Made by a program: the position numbers and the translations under genes. A stretch of DNA of 55,196 nt, counting the filler, from Sphacelaria rigidula (taxonomy: Eukaryota): NCBI GenBank assembly GCA_964200075.2. It is 3 parts of 3 records of this genome, joined end to end, with 100 filler letters (N's around TTAATTAATTAA, not from the genome) between each part and the next. Parts side by side here need not be neighbours in the genome. Positions count along the whole stretch, not along the records: positions 1 to 18,333 come from CAXNAA020000871.1; positions 18,434 to 36,765 come from CAXNAA020000872.1; 1 more part is not named here. The stretch is one strand, 5' to 3'. Under the pieces are notes generated by a model. It did not search any database and was not told the origin of the DNA. It saw nothing but the letters and a program-made list of their open reading frames with translations. The first letter of the stretch is position 1, and each line of letters starts with the position of its first letter. Of the stretch, positions 12,434 through 23,562 are shown in pieces.

Positions 12434-15400
12434 AGGTGGTGCACCCAAAAAATTGAGTCGGAGAAGGCCGAAGGTTTTATCGTGAATTTCCACACTAAGG
12501 TTAGGCCATACCGCCTTTTCAGTTGCCTCTCATACTAACACCAAGCCATTTTTAGCCCCTCAAAATCTGGAGTGTTCTTGACTAGCACAAACACCCGGTA
12601 TAGCGCAGTGACAACTGTTCCCTGGGCACGCTTTTCAATTCGATGTCCAAGATGTTGGTCGCTTGCCACTTGATTGGCTTACCTACCCTCTGGTGATGTG
12701 ACTAGTTCAGCATCAGCCAGAAAGACAACAAATTCGTCAAAGTTGTCGTGTATCGACACCCGGCTATGAGGCTTCCAGACCCAAGTGAAGGGCTTCATAT
12801 AATTGTCGGGACGAGGTGGCAATGCTTGGGGTGGAAGTGGGGCGGCATGTCGACGAAGCGAAATTTGTGCATCTCTTGGTTTGAAGTTTTCCGCTCGGAA
12901 CTTTAGGTTTGTAGTCGTCGTATCTCAGATACACGTTTCAGTCCGTTTCTCGGCCCTTGATCACAGCCTTGTGAGAGTACGCGCAGCAAAAAGGTATTTT
13001 GATGCTCTCGTCAGCCAATTGCTCGGCCGTCGGACACAGTCCGGTGACTGCATATGCAACCGAAAACCACAGACTACACCATCGTGTGTTCGAAAAATTA
13101 CGTAACCAACGTTTGCAAAACATGGAGCGCGGGCAGTTTTGTTACTCGAAGAATACGACGACAAACTCCGCCGAGCTCCGACCACACCGGACCGGAAAGT
13201 TGCCCCTCTTCAGCTGAGGGTGTAGTCGTTCGCTGGTAGTGTAATTCAAGGATAGTCCAATGAAGCCATTTGCGTACACAGACCCCTGCTCTTATTTTTC
13301 ACCCCCAATTTCAGGTATTCTACAATAAGTATCGAGTAAATATTTTATGTCCTCCTGTTCTAAGAAAAAAACAAAATCCATTCAGTCGCCACCGGCATCT
13401 GAAACTGTAGGTCCAGGATTCGCTAGGTAACCTTCAATATAGATTATCCTGCATTCGCTTCCAAAGGAAATACTTCGGCTCACCTGGACATGCATGTTTT
13501 AGCTGTTGACGCTGAACACCTGTACCCGAAAACTCATCATCTTCGATGATAATGCACGTGGGAGATCAAGCACACAGTCTCCATATTTCAGCACGGCGAG
13601 AGTTCGACCAAATAAACTACCGTTGTTGGTGAATGCACCGGCTTGGGTATACGTCGGGGCACGGCTGCAACACGCGCAAAAAGGCGCCATTTTCATGCCA
13701 TTGCCTTACCGGTGACGACGCCATACCCTCGCTCGACCATGACGTCTTGGTTCTCAACGCGTTCCCCGCGCCCAACGCTTGACCTCCGCCCCCTCCGCAC
13801 CCCGCTGCGCCATTCCCCCCCGTCCCTAATCGCGTATGCCTTTCCGGGGTCATGCCACTCGACCCCATTCGCCCGGGCCGTTCTTGAGACATTGTTGTCG
13901 GAATCCCTACAAAGAAACGGATAGATAGCCGGCTTGATGAGGGGCGAGTTCTGGTGTTGCTGTGCGAGCCTCCCAATGGCTGTTCGATCATTGGGGCTAT
14001 GGAAGTTGGGGACAAAAAAGGGGGGGTGTAGGGGAGCAAGAGTAAGACGAGCGCTGCAGTGCCAATGAGGGTAACGCCTCGGATGTCACTAGCTTGACAG
14101 TCAAAGGGCTGATATGCAACCATATCTCGACCGCGTGCGTGGATTGGCCCCACGTTGGAAATTTCGTGTTACGAAGTACTCAGCAATATATTTAGATCAT
14201 AGTCAGAGGATGTGAGATTGTATGCCAGTGCTAGCTCGATCTTTGCTACTCCGTGAGATCTACACTGGTGGGTTCAAGGTCTGCGAAGATCGGTCCATCG
14301 ATGAGCTCTCGATACTTCCTTATTTTTACCCGAAGCGGCAACGTTTGCGGTGAAACGTCGGGCAGTAGTCCGTATTGGATGCGATGGAACAGATTCTTTT
14401 GCGGAAAAGAGAAGGCTCGCCTCCCTGGAAAAAGAATAAAACCCTCCATCGATTGATTGCAAAGACGTTGACGAAAAAGTGAGGAATGATGCCAGCCACC
14501 GAGTCATACTACGACGCAGGCACGAACCAACGTTTTACCACGCGCGCGGTACTCTAGGGTCGGGGGCGTCGGTTGATAGATCAAGTTCGATCAGAACGTT
14601 TTTGGAGGCATTACATACATGTATGTGAGCCTGCGAGATTTTTTTCAGTGGTCGCAGACGATGCCTGAATGGTATCATATGTTTTCATGAAAAAATACGC
14701 TAGTGTTCTTAGCTCGCTGTTCGTAACGTTGCCCGAGCCTTTTTCGTCATGGCTTTCTCCCTCTCGCTCGCAGCGCCTCCTCCCCCTCTTCATGTCGGCG
14801 AGTTGGCCGAAAAACGACGTGTTCAAGTATGGAAAGTGTGTATTTGTCGTCCGACAACGACGATGTGTTTCGTTGAAAACGAAACCTTGAATAAACACGA
14901 GACACGACTACTTACTTCACAGTCAGGAAAGGCAACGGTGCAGCAGGTATTGTGGTAAATTATGACTACACTGTACGAACATCACGATCCTAACCCGTGG
15001 CTTCTGCAACCTTGGTGCCCTCCCTCGGAACCTCCACGAAGGGTTTCTCCTCATTGTTACCTGACGCCCACAAGCGGATGGCTCTCATCGGCAAGTACAC
15101 CGTGTTGGCTCCACATTTGATCCAAAAACTTCCATTCAACAAACTCAACAACCAAAGCAAGGGTGACGCTCACGGCAGCCACTTCCCCTGTGACAATGAA
15201 CGAACTCACCTGGACTTCGTCGAGAGCCGGACATCATATCTTCCTCTTTGGGTGATTCGGCCGAATTCCTGAAACGCTTGTGGGGCGTTCCATGCCCTAA
15301 GCTCGAAATCGTACTCGTACTCGTATGTCTTGCAGAGCCCGCGCCGGTGCTACCCTCAGCATCGGAGGCACGATGAGGACTGTGAGTGGGAAGCTGGTGT

Positions 15401-15500
15401 GCGCTGGATTGGTGGAGCTCCTTCAGTCCCCTCAGCAGCCAGTTGCCCTGTTGGGCGTCGTGTCGTGTGTGTGTTGGAGCATAAAAGTTGAAAATATATA

Positions 15501-16543
15501 CTTCCTCTGTCCCATAAGTCTGGGGAGTTATGTTTGTACGAACCCTTAACGGTGTAGGATGTCTTCGGCGATAATTTTTTTGAAATCTTGAGCGTTTTTC
15601 GGGTTGAAAGACATCTTTTTTTTTTCTTGCGCACTACCCTGCATGTGCTAGCGGCTAACAAAAAAGTAGTCAGGCCAAAAATGGCCGTATTTTGACCACT
15701 TTGCACTGGGGGCACTATAAAAAAACAACACTGAAACCCCCCAAGAATTATCCCCAACCCTAAACCTAACCCACCTCTGCTCAACGATCCATGTCGCATC
15801 CCCCCATAATAAAACCAGTATAATAGTGAAACCACACTAGAAACAATACACTTGGGGGTCCTACACTAAAACCAAGACACTTGGGGGGCAAACCAAACAA
15901 CAGTAGGCCCCCCCCCTCTGATCAACGCTCCAACTCAACGATCCATGTCGCGTCCCCCATACTAAAATCAGTATAATAGCTTCCCCACACTGAAACCAGT
16001 ACAATTGGTGGTTCCACACTAAAAACAATACACTTGGGGGTCCCCAGGGGAAAACAAACGATTAGTTGTCCTTGAAACCTCCACCGCGATAGCAATGCGG
16101 CGGCCCACGGATAGCTCGCCGCCCTTGCAACGGGGGGGGGGGGGGGACTTGGGGACAAGTCCAGGGTATTGNNNNNNNNNNTGCTCGCTCACGCCGCCCG
16201 CGGGGCGACGGTCGCGGGCGGCCCCTTGACGTCCGCCGCGCGGGGGGGGGGGGGGGGGGGGGGGGGGTACTTGGGGACAAGTCCATGGTATTGTGTTGTC
16301 TGTGGACTAGGTCTAGGGGTGGTAAACACGGATTCTCAAAAACAATCTAAAAAAGAACTCAAAAATGGGCCAAAATGGGCATATTTTGACTTCGTTTTAG
16401 TACGGACGACCAGCTTCTTTTTTTTGCATCAGCTTCGTTGAGACTTCATCTTTCCAACGAACCTAGCAATAGGATGATTGGAAAGTATAAGTGCGCAAAC
16501 AGTTATACGCCCATGACTCCCCAGACTTATGGGACAGAGGAAG
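15501..16543. mobile_element. Stowaway/mariner-like MITE with 28-bp perfect TIR and TA TSD (contains a small N gap)
   Basis: TA|CTTCCTCTGTCCCATAAGTCTGGGGAGT ... ACTCCCCAGACTTATGGGACAGAGGAAG|TA; internal direct repeats at ~15780-15875 and ~15935-16045. Confidence 0.88.
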
Positions 16544-17101
16544 TATATCAGTTGAAATATATAAACAGAGTGAACGCTATAATAGTTGTCAGAAATTACA
16601 GAAATTGGGCATTCCTCACACCGTGGGAAATCAGTAATGTCTGATGTGTAATCAAGGGGGTTGCTGTTTGACGGGAGAACTCCGTTTGTTGGGTGTTGTC
16701 TTTATCGTTCCCGCATTCCTGATCTCTTTTTGAGTTTCAACAGCTTTTTTTGCCCATCATTTTGAAGTTGCTCGACGCCCACGTTGCGTCGATCGATCTC
16801 CGAGAAGAAGAGACATACGCGACGTCGGACTATTTCCCGTCTGGTTGACATTCGAAAGAACCAACGAACTGCTGTCTGACATGCTGTCCACGGCGGTCTT
16901 CAAGATTATACTGTAGTTCATTTTGACGACGACACTCTGGATTTGCTGGCTTCGAGAAATCACGTGGCCTGCAGTGACAAAGGGCACCCGTGTCTCACAG
17001 TCATCGGCAGGCCAAGATTGTACATCGATGGAGGAGACTGCCTGTTCGATCGAGGCAGATCGACCGAGCTTGACTCGTTCGAACGGATGGGCCTGGACTT
17101 A

Positions 17102-17687
17102 CCTCTTCTGTCCCATAAGCTGGGGTCTTTGAGTTTACAGGGAGCGCTCACCCCAACGGCATGTATGTACGGTATACGGCACTAAAGTTCGTGTCGTTGG
17201 AAAGATCAAACGTAGTGAAAGCCGATGAAAAACGAAAAATCCGACGTACATTGTTGGTTCAAGCTTCGGGCCGAAAATGGACCCGACGTTGGCCACTTCA
17301 ACTACTACTTTGGGCGAATTTGAGCACGTTTCGCTCCTTTCGTGCTCGACATGAGTGAAAATGCGACAAAGTTGTTTTGGACAAGGCGTAGCTATCCTCT
17401 TCACGAGGATAAAGCCAAAACGAAGAAGTCAACAGTAATTTTTCTGACATTTTTTCTGCGTTTCCATGTTTTTCTCCCCCCGGATGAAAGGGGTAATATA
17501 TGACCATATCTGGGCGGGCTGATGATTTACCAGCCGTTCGGCCGCGTGGGGCGAGCGACATATGTTGGGGAAAATTCGGTTTCAACTAAAAAATACGTCA
17601 ATGCCTTAAAAATAAATGAGAAGAGGGGCGGACACGGTTATTGATCCGCACAAGCTTAACCACCCCCAACTAATGGGATAGAGGAAG
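17102..17687. mobile_element. Second Stowaway-like MITE with related, more diverged TIR
   Basis: TA|CCTCTTCTGTCCCATAAGCTGGGG ... CCCCCAACTAATGGGATAGAGGAAG|TG. Confidence 0.7.
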
Positions 17688-18176
17688 TGTGTGATTTTGT
17701 CGACAACTGAGCCTACCGATGGTATTCACGTGGTACATGTGGTCGAAAGTGGTGTAGTGCATGAAGAGAGAAGGTACAGCGGCGCTAAATTTTCCGATCA
17801 GCTAGAACGAAACATTGTGAAGTTATGATCAATTTGTCTTCGATAGACAACACCCACGGTATTTTAAGACGGGACAATATTCTCATCATCGAACATTTCG
17901 TCTGCGCAAAGGTTTTGGAGAATTTTCAGGAAGTTGTTTTTTGCCCCAACTTTTGTTTTTTGGTCATGGTATAAACAACCAGCTCTTCCAAGGATGGTTG
18001 CTCTCGTTTCGAGCATCCGTTCGTGCGCCCTAGTTCTGGCCCACATTACTTTTTGCAATTTCTGCTCCTTATTTCATCTTGTGTTGAATAGATTATTTAT
18101 GTTTTGTATGGAAGTGTGGAATAGGTCTCGATTTCCTGATTCGCGCGTGTATCATATATCGGAAAGTACACCCCTC

Positions 18177-18268
18177 CCCCTCGCTCCGTCTCGAAAGGGA
18201 TGCGTGGTCAACGGTCAAACTACTAAGGCAAGCAACAAATGAGTACCTCCCCCCCCCCCCCCCCCCCC
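18177..18268 (+). repeat. C-tailed module, type B
   Basis: CGAAAGGGATGCGTGGTCAACGGTCAAACTACTAAGGCAAGCAACAAATGAGTACCT(C)n matches 18810-18880. Confidence 0.8.
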
Positions 18269-18333
18269 CAAACTTTTTCCACCCCTCTCCTCATTGTCTT
18301 GTCGCGGAGGGGAGCGGAGCAGGAAAAAAAAAA

Positions 18334-18433
18334 NNNNNNNNNNNNNNNNNNNNNNNNNNNNNNNNNNNNNNNNNNNNTTAATTAATTAANNNNNNNNNNN
18401 NNNNNNNNNNNNNNNNNNNNNNNNNNNNNNNNN
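18334..18433. other. Artificial contig linker (N44-TTAATTAATTAA-N44)
   Basis: Exactly 100 nt; the palindromic 12-mer at 18378-18389 gives stop codons in all six frames. Confidence 0.98.
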
Positions 18434-18544
18434 CTAGCTTGCAACGCTGAAATAAAGCCTAGGGAGTGATTCGTCACGAGTCGACTCATCATACTGGAAC
18501 CAAGTAATTTCCAGACGAATCATTATGTGTCCGGCCCTTGGAAG
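18434..18544 (+). repeat. 3' half of the TTG(A/G)AAG-bounded element at a contig start
   Basis: TTGCAACGCTGAAATAAAGCCTAGGGAGTGATTCGTCACGAGTCGACTCATCAT...CAGACGAATCATTATGTGTCCGGCCCTTGGAAG matches 33025-33130. Confidence 0.8.
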
Positions 18545-18796
18545 TTTCTCAATAGAGTCGATCATGCAGTTTCGGGAGTGGTCCGTGGGATATTTATGCG
18601 TATCTCCTCGGGCCAAACAAACTGCGCCATCCCTTTACATAATCATTTCATCATCGACGTGTTCGCATCTTTCATGTGCATTTTTTGCATATACAGGCAA
18701 GAATTTACATCGGTGTCTGAAATATAAGAGTTGAGGCCAACGCGGCACATAGTACCGAGGCGACAAACAAGTGGACGAACCCCTTCGATGCTAAAT

Positions 18797-18930
18797 CCCT
18801 TCGGAGTCCCGAAAGGGATTCGTGGTCAACGTTCAAACGACCAAGGTAAGCAACAAATGAGTACACCCCCCTCCTTCCCCCCCCCTGGTCCGGCGAAAAC
18901 CCGGCCTGCTCCGTTTCGACTTTGTAGGGA
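18797..18930 (+). repeat. Tandem C-tailed modules, type B then the start of type A
   Basis: GCAACAAATGAGTACACCCCCC..CCCCCTGGTCCGGCGAAAACCCGGC. Confidence 0.8.
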
Positions 18931-19324
18931 CGGAACCCCTATGCGGTTGGCGTCGGTTGGCAATGACGCTGTAAAAGACGCCACTCACTGCGTACGCTGG
19001 GCAACCAGGTTACCGATTTCGTTTTGCGTGCCTGAGTTTTGTTTTGCGGTAGCCATGATGGTAGTCGAGGTAGATCATGTTGTACGGCGTGGGAGAACCT
19101 CAACTCCGCAAAATGGAGATGATTGTAGAAAGTAGTGTTTGAATGGTGAGACATCCATGAGGCAGTGTATAAGCCGTGGCTGTCTCTTGAAATGGCGATA
19201 CCAGAAAAGGAAGCAACTCATTGTAGGCTTGCTATCCTAATGCAACATAATCAGTAGGCTTCGGGCCGGACAATCTTAGCAGGATGCTGCTCACCCTTCA
19301 TGCGGCTCGCCGACCACACCACGG

Positions 19325-19469
19325 CGCTTCGCGCTTGGTGATTGAGTGCGAGCCTGGTCCGGCGAAAACCCGGCGTGTTCCGTCCCGGCTTTTTAGCGAT
19401 GCGAGGCCAATGGTCTCATGCCTACGCCGTGCATGATCATGAGTACATCCCCATCTCCCCCCCCGCCCT
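19325..19469 (+). repeat. C-tailed module, type A with 5' extension
   Basis: GCTTCGCGCTTGGTGATTGAGTGCGAGCCTGGTCCGGCGAAAACCCGGC...GCATGATCATGAGTACATCCCC. Confidence 0.82.
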
Positions 19470-20362
19470 CGGATGGACCCTGGGTGAGGCCAGTGGGAAA
19501 ATGTGAAGAGCAACTGCATGTTTTCGAATAGTTTTGCATGAGTCACGACTCAAGCACCACAGACTGAACTGGATGTTTCTATTGGGAGCGGTGCTCGCAA
19601 ACAGACGGGAGCTGCTCAGCTACAGGGTTGGGGTCAACGGTGTTGAACATCAGCCGGCGACGTTGCTTAAAAAATACCCAGGCTTTACACGTTTGGAGTA
19701 AGCGCTCACATGGCCACCTTTGAACCGGTAAAACAGACGCGTAAGGTTAAGTCTTACGACAGGCGATCTGCATCTACGAAAAGTCACGTTTGATCCCTCG
19801 TGTGATTTGGGGGGAAAGTTGGAATTTCCCACGTCACCCGGACCAAGCTACGGGATTTTCGAGAATACTTGACTACGACATGTGGGACACATGACTGGTG
19901 CATGAAAATCGTAACACCTGAAAGAAGGTCAGTGCTATGGCCTCAAAGATTACTCGCACTTCGTTTGCTGCGTGTGCCAGGCCCTGCTCGAAACCACTTC
20001 ATTCACGCGTCGATACGTGAAGCCCTGCTCAACTTTTCCGGCGTAGCTTCCCAGTTATAATCATACAAGAGAGGCATCACAAATAACGATGTTGCACGGG
20101 TGTTGATGACCATGGCCGTACACGCGACTCGTCTCACGTTTTGGGTCGCAACTGGACAGCCGCGATGCTCATGTGGGCGAGACAAGGCTGTTTGACCGAG
20201 TGCTTATAACATTGGTAACACGTTGTTTGCGCGAGTCTTGTCCCTCTCACCGTACACTGAGCTACAGATTCGTTTTTCTCTTTTTGTTACGCTTTGAACC
20301 CCTCCCCTTTTCGGGACGGGTCTAGTGTAACAAGGGATCAACCACTCTCTCCCCGGTAGTTG

Positions 20363-20490
20363 TGCTTCGCGCTTGATGATTGATTGCGAACCTGGTACGG
20401 CAAAAACCCGGCGTGCTCCGTCCCGGCTCTTGAGGGATGCGAGGTCAACGGTCTTCTGACTACGGCATGCAAAATCACGAGTACACCCTC
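20363..20490 (+). repeat. C-tailed module, type A with 5' extension
   Basis: GCTTCGCGCTTGATGATTGATTGCGAACCTGGTACGGCAAAAACCCGGC...CACGAGTACACCCTC. Confidence 0.82.
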
Positions 20491-21715
20491 CGGTACTTGT
20501 GCACGCATATCACAGCGTGTTGGGCTATTACCGTCAAGAAAGTGAGCAGCCCGAGACCGACGCTTGAATACAAAATGATCCGCATCATCCGGCCTGATTC
20601 CGGGGGATATCTCATTCTGATATCACCTGAATTCCCTTGGAAAAAAAAAAAATGATCCATGTTACGGTTTGAGCGGATTGCCCCCACTTCGGAGTTGCTG
20701 AGGTTATCTCTTCCTCACGGGTGATGGGGCGAACAGTAAAATTTTACATCCAGATAATCTGCGATAAAAGTTGGTCTAAATGCGCTGAATTTCGTGCACA
20801 CTGCTGAGCTTATGTACAGTGACCCGAAGAGTAACATATTTTCTCCCTGGGCTTTAGTTTTTCATGCCTTTTCCCCCAAAAACTCACGCATCTCTTTTCA
20901 AAGAAGTCATTTTGAAGCGGAAACCTCGCCGAGGGGTTACAATTGCTTGGTTTCAGTGTGCAAGGCCGAACAACAAGAAATCCTAATTTATGCTAAATAT
21001 ATGCGCGCATAAAAAACAACAGCATATTGCCCCCGGAACTCAAGATGATGATGCTTCCCCCCCGAAAAGGCATGCATTACACCGACACTAGGCATTTGGA
21101 ATGGCGACTTTTTCGAAAAAATCACGACCGAAGTAAAACATGAAGTCCACGTCCCTCCAGGAAGACCTGGACTTTTTCGGCGTGTCCATTTTTGTAAATA
21201 ATACGACACGTTTGAGTGGTTTGGGTTGTTGCCACACATCGCACCGTACAGCACGGCCCAGCTGTAGCATAGTGCACGAGAGTTGATATAGGAAAGGATC
21301 ATCAGATCAGACGGAAACCAGCTCAAGAGGTGACGACACCCCGTAATACCTGGCATGTGGAAGTTACCCGTGTGGGTTTTGTACTCAATTGGTGTACTTT
21401 TACTACTGTTGTGAAATACTTCGTAAATATAACGTACGCGTTTCTGAGACAGTTTTTCCTTTGATACGCGGTCGCCGTTGAACAAGGGTAAAACCACGAG
21501 ATTCCCACAACAGTGGACGATAGCCAAGGATTTCTACCGTTCTCTCTGTGCCTGTGTCTGTGCCCCGGCACTGACCGCACCGCAACACTTGCAGTACCAT
21601 GGACAGCAAAGAGAGCAACCGCATTTGATGATGAGTCCCTGAAGTTATTTATCTAAACTCCAACAGCACCTTATGCAACCTCTGCCCGCGTATATCACCA
21701 TACACATGATCCCAC

Positions 21716-22813
21716 CTCGGCTCCAAGGTAGCAGACGATGTTCGGATGGGTCAGCTGCCGCATGAGCTCTATCTCCCGGTAGAGAGGTTCAGCCGCGTCT
21801 GCACGCTTCAGCGACAATACCTTCACTGCGATCAGATCACCGCTATCTTCGTTCAATCCGATGTGCACCTGCCCAAACGAGCCCTTCCCGATTTCATGCC
21901 CGAGCTTCCAATGTCCGGTTCTCACGGGGGCTCTTCGCGGGGGTGACAATTCCCGCTGACAACCCTGGGCGCAGACTTGTTCCCTCGGTGTTCTCAGACC
22001 TAGACTCTCCATCAAGCTGGGCCTCGTGCCCCCTACTCCGCGGACACTCCTCACCTTTACTGTGAGTTCTGGCTGGGTCTCCATCATGGTGTCCGGCGCC
22101 TTTAAGAGGCCGCATCCGCTGCCCGATTTGTTCTCCGCGCTTTGCTCTGATCTCTCGGGGTGTCTCGCTGTTGGATAGTTCGATATACCGCAGAGGTTTC
22201 CATTGGTGGGCGAATCGGCGGTGACGTGCTCCCGCGAAGGCATGCTTTTTGTGCGCCTCAGCATATCCCACATCGCGAAGATCTTACCACTAGCTACGCC
22301 ATTCGTCGTCGTCTGCAGCCCAGCCAACAACGCGCTTTGCCGGGGGTCATCATTCTCGTCTACCCCGTCGCTCCCACTTCTGTACCCTCTGGGCACGGCC
22401 GATGACGGCCGCACCTTAACATCCGACAGCGACATCAAATGATTGATCCCATGAACTCCCCCACAACCACCACCACCACCACCACGAGACCGGACATTTG
22501 GATCGTTGTGCCGTTCAACTAATTTCTGGGAGTCTAGCGCGACGAGGTATGCGGCCAACGCATGCAGAGCTCCTCGCGTGTATTCCGAGCTCCTGCACAA
22601 TCTGCCCAGCTCCTCAGTCTCGACTGGGTACTTCGTGGGATTTCGAGCGTGCTCGCGCAACGCAGCAACCGATACGTCTATTGTTTCAGGTGATAGCTGC
22701 AGACAACAACGCAAGGCTTCTCGCAGCGCGTTTTCGGATATCATGGCGCTGTGCCTAGCACCCTCTTGCTTCGTTCTATCGACGGCAGTGCGCACGGAAG
22801 CACTCGCCCCCAT
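21716..22813 (-). CDS. MAP kinase kinase kinase (MEKK/STE11/NPK1-like) Ser/Thr kinase; large exon with N-terminal region and kinase subdomains I-IV; gene incomplete in this contig
   Basis: WKLGHEIGKGSFGQVHIGLNEDSGDLIAVKVL (GxGxxG and the catalytic Lys), EIELM (alphaC Glu), HPNIVCYLGAE. Donor GAG|gtggga at 21716/21715. Acceptor tttcag|G at 22847 lies just upstream of the probable ATG at 22813 (MGASAS). No HRD/DFG exon was found before the contig end at 18434. Confidence 0.88.
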
Positions 22814-23423
22814 GTCGATGAAAGGCTCCTCCGCCAATTCTGGGACCCTGAAATGTTGGCCCAACGGGCGGATGTTTCATGCACCGTTGAAAAAACAACG
22901 GCCAAGCAGTCCGGCGCCAAAAACAAATCGGAACAGAATCTAACCTCTTTTCACCCCGGTACGCACTGCTACAACGCCCCAACCCAGCTTCAGCGAGATA
23001 AGCTCATTACTCTCGCTGTCATGAGATGTGGGCGAAGTTTCAGCGACCTGCAGCACCTACAGCGCGCGTGCTGCCGTGCCCCTTCAACTGTACACCTCTA
23101 CATGCAATACCCCCAATTTGTTTTGCACATATTGTCATTATCCATGACGTGTACCGACGCTTGATGCACATGCCGTCTGTGCTGCGTGCCCGACTCGTGC
23201 TGCAAGCTTCACGGTGGCACTCTCAGCCGCTATGGATAAATTCACTAGAAAAATGCGGTCAAAATGTTTGGCAAACATGCAAAATGCACGAGAGTATCTT
23301 CCGATCACACATACATTTTCCCCTTGCGTATAATTATCCTCATCGCGCAGACCCGTGGTCGAAAAAAATCGGATTAGTGAGGGTTAGGGTTACGTCAATA
23401 GGTCAGTCCATGCAGCAATGTTC

Positions 23424-23562
23424 CACACCCTGGACAATAGAATGCACAGTCAAAAAGTGTACTGCGTACGGTTTCGACTATTGCGCCTATTGCAATAGAC
23501 AACAGATTCCATACTGTACGCAGTACATTTTTTGTGCAATAGAATCCATTGTCCAGGGTGTG
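23424..23562. mobile_element. 139-bp MITE with 15-bp TIR CACACCCTGGACAAT and perfect 8-bp TSD
   Basis: CAATGTTC at 23416-23423 and 23563-23570 flanks CACACCCTGGACAAT ... ATTGTCCAGGGTGTG. Confidence 0.88.

Larger units (their letters stand above)
14600..18060 (-). mobile_element. Heavily decayed hAT-like transposase remnant, split by two MITEs
   Basis: AVSIDV..PFVTAGHVISRSQQIQSVV (~16930-17030) resembles the hAT first-Asp block. ELRTLAYFF..IQASSATTEKNL (~14640-14715) resembles the hAT C-terminal ASSAxxERxFS motif. Order and strand are consistent. Confidence 0.4.

Noticed and set aside
16131..16292. Direct repeat (G)n-ACTTGGGGACAAGTCCA.GGTATTG on either side of a short N gap
   Set aside because: It abuts a scaffold gap in a homopolymer-rich tract, so it may be an assembly overlap artefact.
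20521..21527. Harbinger-like element with GGCTAT termini, and the 179-aa ORF at 20988-21527
   Set aside because: The terminal match is too short and gapped, there is no clear TSD, and the ORF has no kinase or transposase motif.
21894..22943. Overlapping ORFs on other frames and strand around the kinase exon
   Set aside because: Shadows of the kinase exon with no recognisable motifs.
23375..23395. Telomere (GGGTTAGGGTTA); similar CCCTAA words at ~15755 and ~44608
   Set aside because: Only one or two units, internal to interspersed repeats.
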